Source of the DNA: Pseudomonadota bacterium
Lineage (GTDB): Bacteria; Bdellovibrionota_C; UBA2361; OMII01
Length of the DNA stretch: 64,000 bases
NCBI GenBank assembly: GCA_038134595.1
Contig: JAYPVM010000002.1
Coordinates: forward strand, 228,119 to 292,118
Direction of reading: 5' to 3'
Program-made: the position numbers and the translations under genes
Notes under the pieces: generated by a model
What the model saw: only the letters and a program-made list of their open reading frames with translations
The model's database searches: none
What the model was told of the DNA's origin: nothing
Shown: positions 29,155 to 38,685 of the stretch, piece by piece
How positions within the stretch are numbered: position 1 is the first letter of the stretch
Layout of the letters: every line of letters begins with the position of its first letter

Positions 29155-29610
29155 ATGCGAAAGTTTGGATTGGTTTATGGTGCGGTTCTATCAACACTTA
29201 CTCTAGCTTTTGTTAGTGGTTGTGCACCTCGAGGTGAGTCGCACACTGTAGATGAGATACTTTCAGACGCCCGGACAAGTTACTTAACAGTGTTCGCCAA
29301 CCGTGCAGGCGGATACAAAGACAAGCTTAAGAGTCTCACAGCCTCATTGGATAAGTTAGCTGGTATTGGAGGGGGTGGAGATGCCCGTTCGATTTCGGGG
29401 GGAATCGCTGAATCGCTTCAAGGGCTCATTGAGCATGCTGGCTTCACTGTAAGGCCCGCCATGGGAGAGTTGATCAGTCAGTACAGGGTTGTTGCAACGA
29501 ATGGGTCGCGGGATTTGTCTATAGGAGCTCCAAATTTGAAGTTGCTCGTTGCCCGGACGTATACGCTCATTTCAAGCGAATTAAAGACTACCCAGTTTAA
29601 GGTATCCTAA
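29155..29610 (+). CDS. Hypothetical lipoprotein
   Basis: Lipobox FVSGC after a hydrophobic segment. Confidence 0.7.
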   Translation: MRKFGLVYGAVLSTLTLAFVSGCAPRGESHTVDEILSDARTSYLTVFANRAGGYKDKLKSLTASLDKLAGIGGGGDARSISGGIAESLQGLIEHAGFTVRPAMGELISQYRVVATNGSRDLSIGAPNLKLLVARTYTLISSELKTTQFKVS

Positions 29611-29838
29611 TTCGACGCAGATAAGAGCTTGCGCGTGCTGCATACAACACCGTCTCTTGTGACATGATAAACAATTCGCGGCGTCGGGGATATTTGGTTT
29701 CTTGTTTAGTTGTTTTTGGCTCATGGGAGTAGGTATGCAGTGAGGTCTGCAACGCACATTCGTTAATCGAACCTGGCCGAAATCCTCAGCTCATCCTGAG
29801 TTTAGAGTTGGCCTGAGGTAGTGATGAGAGAGAATTCT

Positions 29839-31293
29839 CTAAGGTGCACTTCTGAGTACAAATGCGATTTTTTCGTCGATATGCTCCCTGATCCAGCGCT
29901 TATCCCACCATTCTTGTGGAGAAACCGGAATGCCATGGATTCTAACTTGATAGTAGACCTCATTAGCTGTTGAAAATCCCGAACGACCAGTTGTGCCGAT
30001 GACATCCCCCCGTGTTACCGTCCGCCCCTGTGTGACAGCAAAATCTGAGAGGTGGGAATAGAGAGTCGTAAGTCCGAGGCCGTGATCGATAATGATTGTG
30101 TTGCCCAATAAACCAAGCTGACCGCTATAGATTACCTTGCCTGAGTTGCTAGCTACAACGGCCGAAGGCGTCCTGACTGTAAACCTCACACCACTTTCTC
30201 GAATCTTTAGTAGTTGATCTGTCCCTACATAGACCGACCTCAGGTCGCCTGCTTGATTAGAAGGGGAGACGTTAACAGGAACCAAGAAGTACTCGTTCCA
30301 TAACTTTTCCGGAATTGGATTAGCGAGTAGTGATGAGAGGAGGTTATCATCATTACTTGAAAGCCTTGATACCAACTGTTTAAGATCAGCGGCCGCGCTG
30401 GTTGCTGAACTTGTGTGTATTGCGTTTTGCTCTGCGTATTGACGAAGGTTTCTTACGATTGCCTGCGCCTCCAAGATAGTTACTCTGGAACGTTGAGACC
30501 TCCATCTCCGGCGCCGCGTTCGGTGTGGGAATTTAGAGGTTACCGTATTGCCTAATGAGTCTCTCGCTTGGATTAGCATCTTTGTGGATTTTGGGTTTAA
30601 AGACTGAGGTATTGGGTAGAGTGCTAGGTGGATCGACGGTCTCGATGAAAACGCTGGTCCCCAAGCCCCTGCGGGAAAGCCTTGATAGAATGCTCCCTCA
30701 GAGCGTATTCCATGGGATTCTGGCTCCCGACCCGTGATTTTATAGAACACAATTTCGGCTCCTCCGTGTGTCCCGTTTTGCTGGGGTGTGATCACGGAGA
30801 TATGAGGTTTATGAAAATTAACTTCTAACTTCTGAGTCGCCTTGCCCCCATTGTTCCAAAGAGCTTTATCAAAGGCGACAGCTTGAATCTCAACGATTCC
30901 CTCTTTGAGTTTAGCATCTTTAGCACTGAGAGCGATGAGCGCTTTGTGATGTCGCAGGTTCGCTGTTGAGAAATCTTTTTTATACAGAATCTGAGCTTGA
31001 TTTCCCTGAATTGCTCGAACAAGAACCTGGTCTAGTCCAGCCTTTGCGTCGGAAGCCTCAAGCTCGAGATGAACCACTTCGGCCCCGAGGCCTTTAGGCA
31101 CGTTTCTCCAGGATAGAACCGGAGCCTCTTGTTCGAAGAAGAGAAGCGATAGAGGATCTGCATTCGTTAGCTTCTTAAAGCTAAGAAGTCCTATGGTAGC
31201 GATAGCTCCTGCCGTTAATAAGAGAACGAGCGAAAAGACGATACCGCCGCGGTTTTGCATGTATCGAGTAGTGCCTTTCGATGGTTCTATCAT
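29839..31293 (-). CDS. Membrane-anchored M23/LytM-fold protein with degenerate Zn ligands
   Basis: VVASNSGKV, GNTIIIDHGLGLTTLYSHLS, IGTTGRSG; HxxxD is ESGVR, HxH is EVY. Confidence 0.85.
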   Translation of the reverse strand: MIEPSKGTTRYMQNRGGIVFSLVLLLTAGAIATIGLLSFKKLTNADPLSLLFFEQEAPVLSWRNVPKGLGAEVVHLELEASDAKAGLDQVLVRAIQGNQAQILYKKDFSTANLRHHKALIALSAKDAKLKEGIVEIQAVAFDKALWNNGGKATQKLEVNFHKPHISVITPQQNGTHGGAEIVFYKITGREPESHGIRSEGAFYQGFPAGAWGPAFSSRPSIHLALYPIPQSLNPKSTKMLIQARDSLGNTVTSKFPHRTRRRRWRSQRSRVTILEAQAIVRNLRQYAEQNAIHTSSATSAAADLKQLVSRLSSNDDNLLSSLLANPIPEKLWNEYFLVPVNVSPSNQAGDLRSVYVGTDQLLKIRESGVRFTVRTPSAVVASNSGKVIYSGQLGLLGNTIIIDHGLGLTTLYSHLSDFAVTQGRTVTRGDVIGTTGRSGFSTANEVYYQVRIHGIPVSPQEWWDKRWIREHIDEKIAFVLRSAP

Positions 31294-31298
31294 TGTAT

Positions 31299-32813
31299 CT
31301 ACTCCCGGTTGATACGCTCCTGAACAACTCCGAGAGCTTCCTCGACACTTATTCGTTCTTGATTGGTAGTGTCTCTGTCGCGGATGGTAACAGAATTGTC
31401 TTCAAGTGTTTGGTGGTCAACCGTGAGGCAGTAAGGAGTGCCTATCTCATCGTGCCTGGCATAACGCTTTCCGATTGACTGTTGCTCGTCGTAACTCGCA
31501 TTTAGCCCGGCGGCAAAGAATTTTGAAACAATATCTCTGGCAACCTCAGGCATGCCTTGTTTTTTCAATAGGGGTAGAACGGCAACTTTGAAAGGAGCAA
31601 GGCGAGGATGGAGCTTCAGCAACACCCTTGTTTTTTCGTTCCCGTCTGCGTCTGTTCCTTGTTCCTCCGTGTATGCATCACACAAAAACGCCAGAACACC
31701 ACGCGTTAATCCTGCCGCTGGTTCTATGACGAATGGCACATATCTAAATCCGGATTTACCGGTGGCTGGATCCGGCTTTTGTTGATCAAAGTAACTAAGC
31801 TTAACCCCCGATGCCTCACTATGTTTTTTTAAATCATAGTCTGTCCTTGATGCAACACCTTCGAGCTCATCCCAGCCCCATGGATAGTTGTATTCAATGT
31901 CACTACAACCATCGGCATAGTGGGCGAGCTCATCGGGCTCGTGTGGACGAACTTTGAAGTTTTCTTTGTTGTTCGCGTACCTTTGCCACCAAGCCATTCG
32001 TTGTTCTAGCCAATACGAATGCCACTGTTGCTGTGTGCCAGGTTCACAGAAAAACTCTAACTCCATCTGCTCGAATTCGCAGGTTCTAAATATAAATTTT
32101 TCGGTGGTGACTTCGTTTCGGAACGATTTGCCTTGCTGGGCTATACCGAAGGGAACCTTCATTGACATTGTTTGTTGGACGTTTTGAAACTGAACAAACA
32201 TCGCCTGAGCTGTTTCGGGTCGAAGATAGATAGCACTTGAGCGTATCGCTTCGTCGAGGGTCTCCTTGATCTCTGAACGCGAAAGATCTTTTCCGTGTAT
32301 ACGATTTAAAAGTTCGTCCATTGGATCGACAGGCCCGATTGACGTTCGAAACATCAGGTTAAATTGCCGCTCATCAGAGAGCTCTGAGCTACCGCAGTGT
32401 GGACAAACATAGCCGCATTCACTTACTGTACCTGTAACAGCTTCGCCTCCCGATTTACCACCCTTTAACCAACTAATTTCTGTGCCGGGTTGCGATTGCG
32501 GAGCTTTGTCTGCTCTGAACCGCTCTTTGCAGTTTCGACAATCGACGAGAGGATCGGAGAATCCGGCCAGATGCCCGCTTGCCTTCCAGACGTTCGGATG
32601 CATCATTATGGAGGCATCGATACCGATGACATCCTCACGTTCGTGAACAACTGCTCGCCACCACTCAGCGGCTATATTTCTTTTTAGTTCGACTCCCAGC
32701 GGCCCATAATCATAGGCGCTTTTAAGTCCGCCGTATATTTCGCTACTTTGAAAGATAAAACCCCGGCGTTTTGTCAGAGATACTATTTTAGAGAGGGTGT
32801 CAGGTGTGTTCAT
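31299..32813 (-). CDS. glyQS: Glycine--tRNA ligase, alpha2 type
   Basis: RRGFIFQSSEIYGG, YLRPETAQ, GKSFRNE, FEQMELE, IGKRYARHDEIGTP. Confidence 0.96.
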   Translation of the reverse strand: MNTPDTLSKIVSLTKRRGFIFQSSEIYGGLKSAYDYGPLGVELKRNIAAEWWRAVVHEREDVIGIDASIMMHPNVWKASGHLAGFSDPLVDCRNCKERFRADKAPQSQPGTEISWLKGGKSGGEAVTGTVSECGYVCPHCGSSELSDERQFNLMFRTSIGPVDPMDELLNRIHGKDLSRSEIKETLDEAIRSSAIYLRPETAQAMFVQFQNVQQTMSMKVPFGIAQQGKSFRNEVTTEKFIFRTCEFEQMELEFFCEPGTQQQWHSYWLEQRMAWWQRYANNKENFKVRPHEPDELAHYADGCSDIEYNYPWGWDELEGVASRTDYDLKKHSEASGVKLSYFDQQKPDPATGKSGFRYVPFVIEPAAGLTRGVLAFLCDAYTEEQGTDADGNEKTRVLLKLHPRLAPFKVAVLPLLKKQGMPEVARDIVSKFFAAGLNASYDEQQSIGKRYARHDEIGTPYCLTVDHQTLEDNSVTIRDRDTTNQERISVEEALGVVQERINRE

Positions 32814-33195
32814 AATTATTATTTCAACGGTTAGATAATGTGCACGCGAGTTCAACTCTCGACAGTTACATCTTATGGAGCAGCGCAAATGTCTGTATCC
32901 CTCCAGAGAATAGGCGCTCGCAGTGCAAGCCGCGGGCGAGCTGTCTGTTGCGAGTGTCTCTCATTTGCAACCTCTTAATGGTACGTTTCGACGGTTTCCA
33001 CTAAGCGATTTACCCATGATATTGGTGTTATATCACGGTTAGTATCATTTGTGGAGTGCTGCTCTCAGGGTTGGAAGGGAAATATTGGGCGTGGGCAACG
33101 CCTACTCGATAGGCTACAATCACTACTGGTGGCAGAGGCTATCTACGGGCTGATTTAATTTGGCTGTAATACTTAAATTTTAGGGAAGTAAGCAC

Positions 33196-34467
33196 GTGGG
33201 TAAGAAAACTGATAGGTCGAGAGTTGCAATAGTAGGAGGGGCCCGGACACCCTTTGTCAAGGCTGGGGGGGCGTTTTCTCATCTCTCAAGTTTAGATCTC
33301 GGTCTCCATGTTGTTTCCGCGTGCGTTGAGCGGGTGGGAATCGATCCAAGGCTTATTGATGGGCTTTTTTTTGGCACTGTTTTATTGGATCCACGCTATC
33401 CGAATCTAGCGCGTGAGATAATATTGCGGTCTGGATTGCCCAAAAGTATCACGGGGCACTTTGTCAGTAACAACTGCATTACAGGTCTAGTGGCCGCGAG
33501 TGCAGCTGTTGATGCGATCAGGGCAGGGCGAATTAAGGTTGCCATTGTTGGTGGTAGCGAATCGATGTCTATGCCAACACTCACATATCCTAGAGCAGGA
33601 GAGGAGTTTTTTCTCTCACTGGCGAGGCGCAGGGATGTTATGGGCAAGGTTCGTTCGCTAAAGTCGTTTAGGCCTCGCTTCCTGATGCCCCAAGCGCCTA
33701 GCCCCAAGGAGCCGTCGACCGGATTAACCATGGGGCAGCACTGTGAGATCATGGTTCAAGAGTTCGGCATTGGTAGAAGTGCACAGGACGAGGTTGCGTT
33801 GCTTAGTCATCAACGGGCAAGCAGAGCTCAAGTTGACGGGGTTTTGGCCAGGGATATCTTTGAGGTTGGAGATGTGGTTAGTGACGGACTTATTCGTGAA
33901 GATACCTCGCTTGATAAGCTAGCAGGGCTTAAGCCTGTTTTTGACAGGAGTGGAAAAGGCAGTATTACAGCCGGTAATGCTAGTGCTCTTACCGACGGGG
34001 CCTCGGCGGTGTGTTTGGTAGAGGCGGCGTTTGCGAGTGAGAATGGCCTACCTATTCTTGGGTACATAGAAGAATTTTCGTTTGCCTCGGTTCCTCCTGG
34101 AGATGGGCTTTTGATGGCACCAGCACTAGCTGTGCCGAAACTTATGGATTCGTGTGGGATTGATTTTGGTGCGGTCGATGCCTTCGAGATACATGAGGCG
34201 TTTGCTGGACAGGTCTTGTGTAATGAGGCTGCATGGAGGGATGGTTGGAACCGTTATCCTGAGCTTGGTTCGCTTGGTTTGATTGATCCGGAGAGTCGTA
34301 ATATCCACGGAGGTTCCATCGCTTTAGGGCACCCTTTTGCAGCAACGGGCGGGCGGATGCTCTTGAATGCGTGCCAGCTCCTCTTGGATGCTTCACGTCA
34401 CCGTGTGCTTATCAGTATATGCGCAGCCGGGGGCAGTGCCGGTGCGGTGACAGTCGTTAGCCCCTAA
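33196..34467 (+). CDS. Acetyl-CoA C-acyltransferase (FadI-like thiolase)
   Basis: RTPFVKA, NNCITG, GNASALTDGAS, HEAFA, GHPFAATG, CAAGG. Confidence 0.92.
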   Translation: MGKKTDRSRVAIVGGARTPFVKAGGAFSHLSSLDLGLHVVSACVERVGIDPRLIDGLFFGTVLLDPRYPNLAREIILRSGLPKSITGHFVSNNCITGLVAASAAVDAIRAGRIKVAIVGGSESMSMPTLTYPRAGEEFFLSLARRRDVMGKVRSLKSFRPRFLMPQAPSPKEPSTGLTMGQHCEIMVQEFGIGRSAQDEVALLSHQRASRAQVDGVLARDIFEVGDVVSDGLIREDTSLDKLAGLKPVFDRSGKGSITAGNASALTDGASAVCLVEAAFASENGLPILGYIEEFSFASVPPGDGLLMAPALAVPKLMDSCGIDFGAVDAFEIHEAFAGQVLCNEAAWRDGWNRYPELGSLGLIDPESRNIHGGSIALGHPFAATGGRMLLNACQLLLDASRHRVLISICAAGGSAGAVTVVSP

Positions 34468-34663
34468 CGTACTAGGTAGATGATCGGCAGGCCATGTCAA
34501 AAGCCTACGCGTTTATTCCGGAGGAGTAGATGTCTGCTACAAATGCTTTGGTGCGAGGTTCTTTTTTTCCGTGTTAAAGGGGTGGCTCTTAGGGGGTTTG
34601 GAGCCGTGTAGGGAGTGCGCGATCTGATCCTCTCTATTTTGAAGCGAGCGTGCTGATTTGCGT

Positions 34664-35068
34664 TTAATATTTATAGTTGGTGTCACTTGCTTCTGAGTAC
34701 TCACCCCGATTTCGATACGAGGCACCTTCTCTGCCACTTTGATCCCGCAGCTCTTCAATCTCTCTTCTCTGCCTGCGAAGTTCCTCTTCTTGCCTGCGTA
34801 GCCGCTCATCCTGTTGTTGTGTGCGGTTGTCTTGCCGCTCTGCTTGCGCGCCTAAGATAGCGCCCCCGAGAGCTCCGGCTGCAGCTCCGACAGCTATTCC
34901 GCCGCCGGTATGACCTGTCTCATGGCCTATGATGGCCCCAAGACCAGCGCCTAAGGCCGTACCTGTTAGTGCGCCTGTCTCAGTACTGCCAAGTGTTGGA
35001 GCGTTCTGGCTACAGCCAAACAGAGTAATAAACGTGATTAGACAGCCGAGTCTCTTCATGGTTGCCAA
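34664..35068 (-). CDS. Glycine-zipper lipoprotein with coiled-coil tail
   Basis: LFGC lipobox; GALTGTALGAGLGAIIG..GAAAGALGGAILG. Confidence 0.85.
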   Translation of the reverse strand: MATMKRLGCLITFITLFGCSQNAPTLGSTETGALTGTALGAGLGAIIGHETGHTGGGIAVGAAAGALGGAILGAQAERQDNRTQQQDERLRRQEEELRRQRREIEELRDQSGREGASYRNRGEYSEASDTNYKY

Positions 35069-35278
35069 ACTCCTCCAATAAGCGTCGTGTACTACACCTT
35101 ATTATAATCACATTTTTCACTTCTAGAAAGTGATCTAGTTTCGCGCATGGCCTTTTTTTAGCCGGGGGCTTGCAGCCTGGGGCAGGGCCGTAACATGTTA
35201 ATAATACAGTCTTGTCTGGGGTTTTCTCGGGCGATGTCTGGCTAGTCTTCTAAAAGCGCTGTTGATAAAAATAAAATT

Positions 35279-35307
35279 CTAAAGTTTTCCTCGATACAGG
35301 TCGTAGT
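35279..35307 (+). promoter_or_regulatory. Putative sigma28 (FliA)-type promoter of flagellin 1
   Basis: CTAAAGTTT -35 element; CTAAAG-N15-GTCGTAGT; same motif upstream of flagellin 2. Confidence 0.6.
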
Positions 35308-35507
35308 GCTATGTAACCGGGCGCTGTCTATGTCTGGTTTATATGCAGTTCTTGCAGTTTTTGCAGTTCTTTGTGCCAGTTGTTTTTCGAAGTATCGGTA
35401 GTTTAGTCGTTATAAAAACTTAGGGACTCTTGACCATCATCTTGGTGGTCTAAAGGAAGTCTTGAAACATTTATGAACTAATACGGTTTCTCCCTTTAAC
35501 GAGGGGG

Positions 35508-35554
35508 CTTGTCAAAGGAGTGACAAGGGTATTGGTTTTATTCAAGGAGGAATA
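35508..35554 (+). promoter_or_regulatory. Two CsrA/RsmA-type GGA hairpins, the second covering the SD sequence
   Basis: CTTGTCA-AAGGAG-TGACAAG (35508-35527) and TATTC-AAGGAG-GAATA (35539-35554); ATG at 35557. Confidence 0.7.
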
Positions 35555-35556
35555 GT

Positions 35557-36420
35557 ATGGCTATTAGTATTAACTCAAACCAAGCGTCAGCGCGAGCGCA
35601 ACGGCAGTTAGGAACTACTTCAAACAATCTCGAACGGGTTTTTGAGAGATTGGCGTCGGGTTCTCGAATTAACCGTGCTAGTGATGATGCTGCGGGTCTT
35701 GCGATTGACGCATCGCTTCGTGTCGATGCTCGAGTAGCGTCAATTGCGACTCGAAACGCACAGGATGGAATTTCTGCCGTTAGTATTACTGATGGCGCTC
35801 TAAGTTCTATCACGGGCGTTCTTGGTCGACTAGCAGAGCTTGCGCAACAGGCAGCTAACGGAGCGTATTCAGCGTTACAGCGATCTGCGCTTCAAAATGA
35901 GTTCGCTGCACTGGGTTCTGAAATTGAGCGTATTGCTGTCACGACGACTTACAATGGCGTAAATCTTTTGTCTGGTAGCCAAACCATTTCGTTTCAAGTT
36001 GGTTTTGACGGAGCTTCTACATCTCAGATCACAATGAGTCAGGAAAATGGAGCGACGTTGGGAGTGCTTGGATTGGCTGCCAGTGGGACGTCGGCATTAA
36101 CCTACTCGCTCTCTGGTGCGACCGGTGACGCGGCACAGTCAGCGGCTCGGGAGGCACTAGTGGCAGTTACTGCGGCTGTAACATCCGTGAATTCGTTACG
36201 GGGAACGTTGGGAACCACTGAGTCGCGGTTAAATACTGCGATCAACAACCTCTCAATTGCGCGAGAGAACATTCTCTCGGCTGCCTCTCGTATTACGGAT
36301 GCTGATGTTGCCACGGAGGCTGCTGAGCTAACTCGATTGAAGATTCTGCAGCAGGCAGGTGCTTCAGTCTTGGCTCAGGCGAACCAAATACCTGAGCTGG
36401 CTGTTCAGCTCTTGCGTTAA
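35557..36420 (+). CDS. fliC: Flagellin 1 (short, 287 aa)
   Basis: LASGSRINRASDDAAGLAI, RNAQDGIS, SRITDADVATE, ILQQAGASVLAQAN. Confidence 0.96.
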   Translation: MAISINSNQASARAQRQLGTTSNNLERVFERLASGSRINRASDDAAGLAIDASLRVDARVASIATRNAQDGISAVSITDGALSSITGVLGRLAELAQQAANGAYSALQRSALQNEFAALGSEIERIAVTTTYNGVNLLSGSQTISFQVGFDGASTSQITMSQENGATLGVLGLAASGTSALTYSLSGATGDAAQSAAREALVAVTAAVTSVNSLRGTLGTTESRLNTAINNLSIARENILSAASRITDADVATEAAELTRLKILQQAGASVLAQANQIPELAVQLLR

Positions 36421-36441
36421 TAGTAGCAGGAGAGTTGTTGG

Positions 36442-36475
36442 AAGGGCATCCTCGAAAGAGGGTGCCTTTTTTTTT
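36442..36475 (+). terminator. Rho-independent terminator
   Basis: AGGGCATCCTC-GAAA-GAGGGTGCCTT followed by a T run. Confidence 0.9.
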
Positions 36476-36578
36476 GGAGAATGCGCGACTGTTTCTGCTT
36501 CTGTATTGAATGAACTGGGACGTTTTGTCTCGTTATTTTGGGGAGTTGAGGGAAAAAGTACTGACCGATGTTTTTTTG

Positions 36579-36607
36579 CTAAAGAAAAATAGCGTTCTAT
36601 CCGTAGC
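36579..36607 (+). promoter_or_regulatory. Putative sigma28-type promoter of flagellin 2
   Basis: CTAAAG-N15-TCCGTAGC. Confidence 0.55.
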
Positions 36608-36772
36608 AATATTTGAAGCGGTTGTCATGAAAGATGGACAGGTTGTGCAATGGTAGTCTGCAGTAGTCCCTATGGATGTTCAAGTAGTTCTCTCTGTTGT
36701 TTCTTCCTTCTAAAACAAATCCGTAATGCGAAGCACTCCGCGGCAGTGTTGTAAGTCTTCTGATGTCGGCTT

Positions 36773-36832
36773 TTCGGAGAGGATAGGATGTCCTTTCTGA
36801 AGTTGTGTAAGCTCTTTGATTCAAGGATGAAT
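36773..36832 (+). promoter_or_regulatory. Two CsrA-type GGA hairpins before flagellin 2
   Basis: GGAT-AGGAT-GTCC at the tip of a longer stem (36773-36801); ATTCA-AGGA-TGAAT (36819-36832) at the SD position. Confidence 0.65.
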
Positions 36833-36837
36833 GAAGT

Positions 36838-37698
36838 ATGGCTGTAACAGTAGGACAAAATGCAGGTATCTTGAAACTATCTCGGCAGTTGGGGCAGGTT
36901 TCAGATCGAATAAGTAACTCGTTTGTACGCTTAAGCTCAGGACAGCGTATATCCAAAGCTAGTGATGACTCTTCCGGTCTTGCGGTTGCGGACTCATTGC
37001 AATTAAACACCCGGCTGGCATCGATTGCGATTCGAAATGCGAACGACGGAATTTCGTCGGTGACTATCGCGGATAATGCCATGAAGGAGATTCAATCTAT
37101 TCTTCAAAGGCAATCCGAATTGGCGCAACAAGCCGCTAACGGAACATTTAGTTTGGCGCAGAGGTCAGTGATTCAGACAGAGTTCACTGCGCTGGGCTCT
37201 GAGGTTGAGCGGATAGCAACGGGAACTAACTTTAACGGTATTGCACTGCTATCGGGTTCAGGGGCGATTACGTTTCAGGTGGGAATTGATACAACCTCGC
37301 TCTCACAACTTGCCATTGAAAACGTTCAAGGCACGTTGCAACAGCTGGGGTTGGCTACTGCCGGTAGCTCAGCGCTTTCGTACTCGCTGTCTGGCGCAAC
37401 GACTGATGCGGCGCAGTCCGCTTCTCGGTCGGCGCTGGTAGCGGTGACTGATGCACTGACTTCCTTGTCGCTTAAGCGCGCTACGCTTGGTGCTATCGAG
37501 ACTCGATTGCAGGCAACGGTTAACAACCTATCTGTGGCGCGTGAGAATTTTACCGCAGCGGAAGCTCGAATTCGAGACTTAGATGTCGCGCAGGAGGCGG
37601 CGCAGCTCACACGACTCTCGATTCTGCAACAAGCTGGTTCGGCAATTTTCGCTCAAGCGAATCAGTCGACAGCCTTGGCCCTTCAACTGCTGAAGTAG
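36838..37698 (+). CDS. fliC: Flagellin 2 (short, 286 aa)
   Basis: LSSGQRISKASDDSSGLAV, RNANDGIS, RIRDLDVAQE, ILQQAGSAIFAQAN. Confidence 0.95.
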   Translation: MAVTVGQNAGILKLSRQLGQVSDRISNSFVRLSSGQRISKASDDSSGLAVADSLQLNTRLASIAIRNANDGISSVTIADNAMKEIQSILQRQSELAQQAANGTFSLAQRSVIQTEFTALGSEVERIATGTNFNGIALLSGSGAITFQVGIDTTSLSQLAIENVQGTLQQLGLATAGSSALSYSLSGATTDAAQSASRSALVAVTDALTSLSLKRATLGAIETRLQATVNNLSVARENFTAAEARIRDLDVAQEAAQLTRLSILQQAGSAIFAQANQSTALALQLLK

Positions 37699-37962
37699 TC
37701 TCGGAATAAGACAGGTATTGCGGCCTTAAGCAGCTAATTTACCTAGACCCAACGTCTCGAAGCCAGAGGCTCTCTTTCGGAGCTAAACGGTTTCGGGACG
37801 TCGTTTTATCTAAAGGCGGGCGGGCTTTTCAGGGGAACATGGAAAGCTCTGAAGGCCGTCCACCACATTATGGAAGAGTTTCTGCCCCTTTTGTCTTTGC
37901 TGAAGCATCAAAAGATTTGAATAAGAACACTTTGTTTTCTTTCAAGATTCTAGGGTCGGACC

Positions 37963-38685
37963 ATGTTTTTGAGTGTCAGAAAAATATCGCTAGCTCGATT
38001 GTTAATGAGTTGTTTTCTTATCTCATTGGGAGTGGGCTCATCCGAATGGGCCGTGGCTGATGCTAAGATTTACGTTATTCGGGAGGCTGATGGAGCCCTT
38101 CGGTTCACGAATAAGGCGCCACTCAAGGGGCAAGATGCTGCAGTGTTTTCGGCGGCAGGTAGATATTATCGAACGGCTACCCCTTCGCGGCTTCCAAGTG
38201 GAGAGATAATCTACGGACGAGCTCGGGCATCTCTACGAGTGCCGCGGAGTCCGGTTTATTCAATTAGAGGTTTTGACGGGAGACGGTTTGCTCGTTTGTA
38301 CAGCAAGGAGATATCTGCAAACTCGGAGCGTTTTGGGGTTGATGCTTCGCTTGTGCGGGCGGTGATACATGCTGAGTCCGGCTTTAATCGATTTGCGGTC
38401 TCGCCAAAGGGGGCGCAGGGTTTAATGCAATTGATGCCAAGCACGGCTCGAGAGCTTGGCGTTTCAAATAGTTTCGACCCAAGAGAGAATATAAGAGGAG
38501 GGGTTAAATACCTTGCCCAATTGCTTGAAAGACTCGGAGATGAGGCGTTAGCTGTGGCTGCGTACAACGCAGGAGAGACACCGGTGAGAAAATATAAGGG
38601 CATTCCTCCCTATTCGGAGACTAGAGCGTATGTTAGGCGTGTACTCAGTCTAAAAAAACAGTATAGTCTGAATGGATATGGCTAA
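37963..38685 (+). CDS. Lytic transglycosylase (SLT domain)
   Basis: VIHAESGFN, SPKGAQGLMQLMP, AAYNAG, PYSETRAYV. Confidence 0.93.
   Translation: MFLSVRKISLARLLMSCFLISLGVGSSEWAVADAKIYVIREADGALRFTNKAPLKGQDAAVFSAAGRYYRTATPSRLPSGEIIYGRARASLRVPRSPVYSIRGFDGRRFARLYSKEISANSERFGVDASLVRAVIHAESGFNRFAVSPKGAQGLMQLMPSTARELGVSNSFDPRENIRGGVKYLAQLLERLGDEALAVAAYNAGETPVRKYKGIPPYSETRAYVRRVLSLKKQYSLNGYG

Noticed and set aside
32814..33195. T-box leader for glyQS
   Set aside because: No GGTGGNACCGCG T-box motif found
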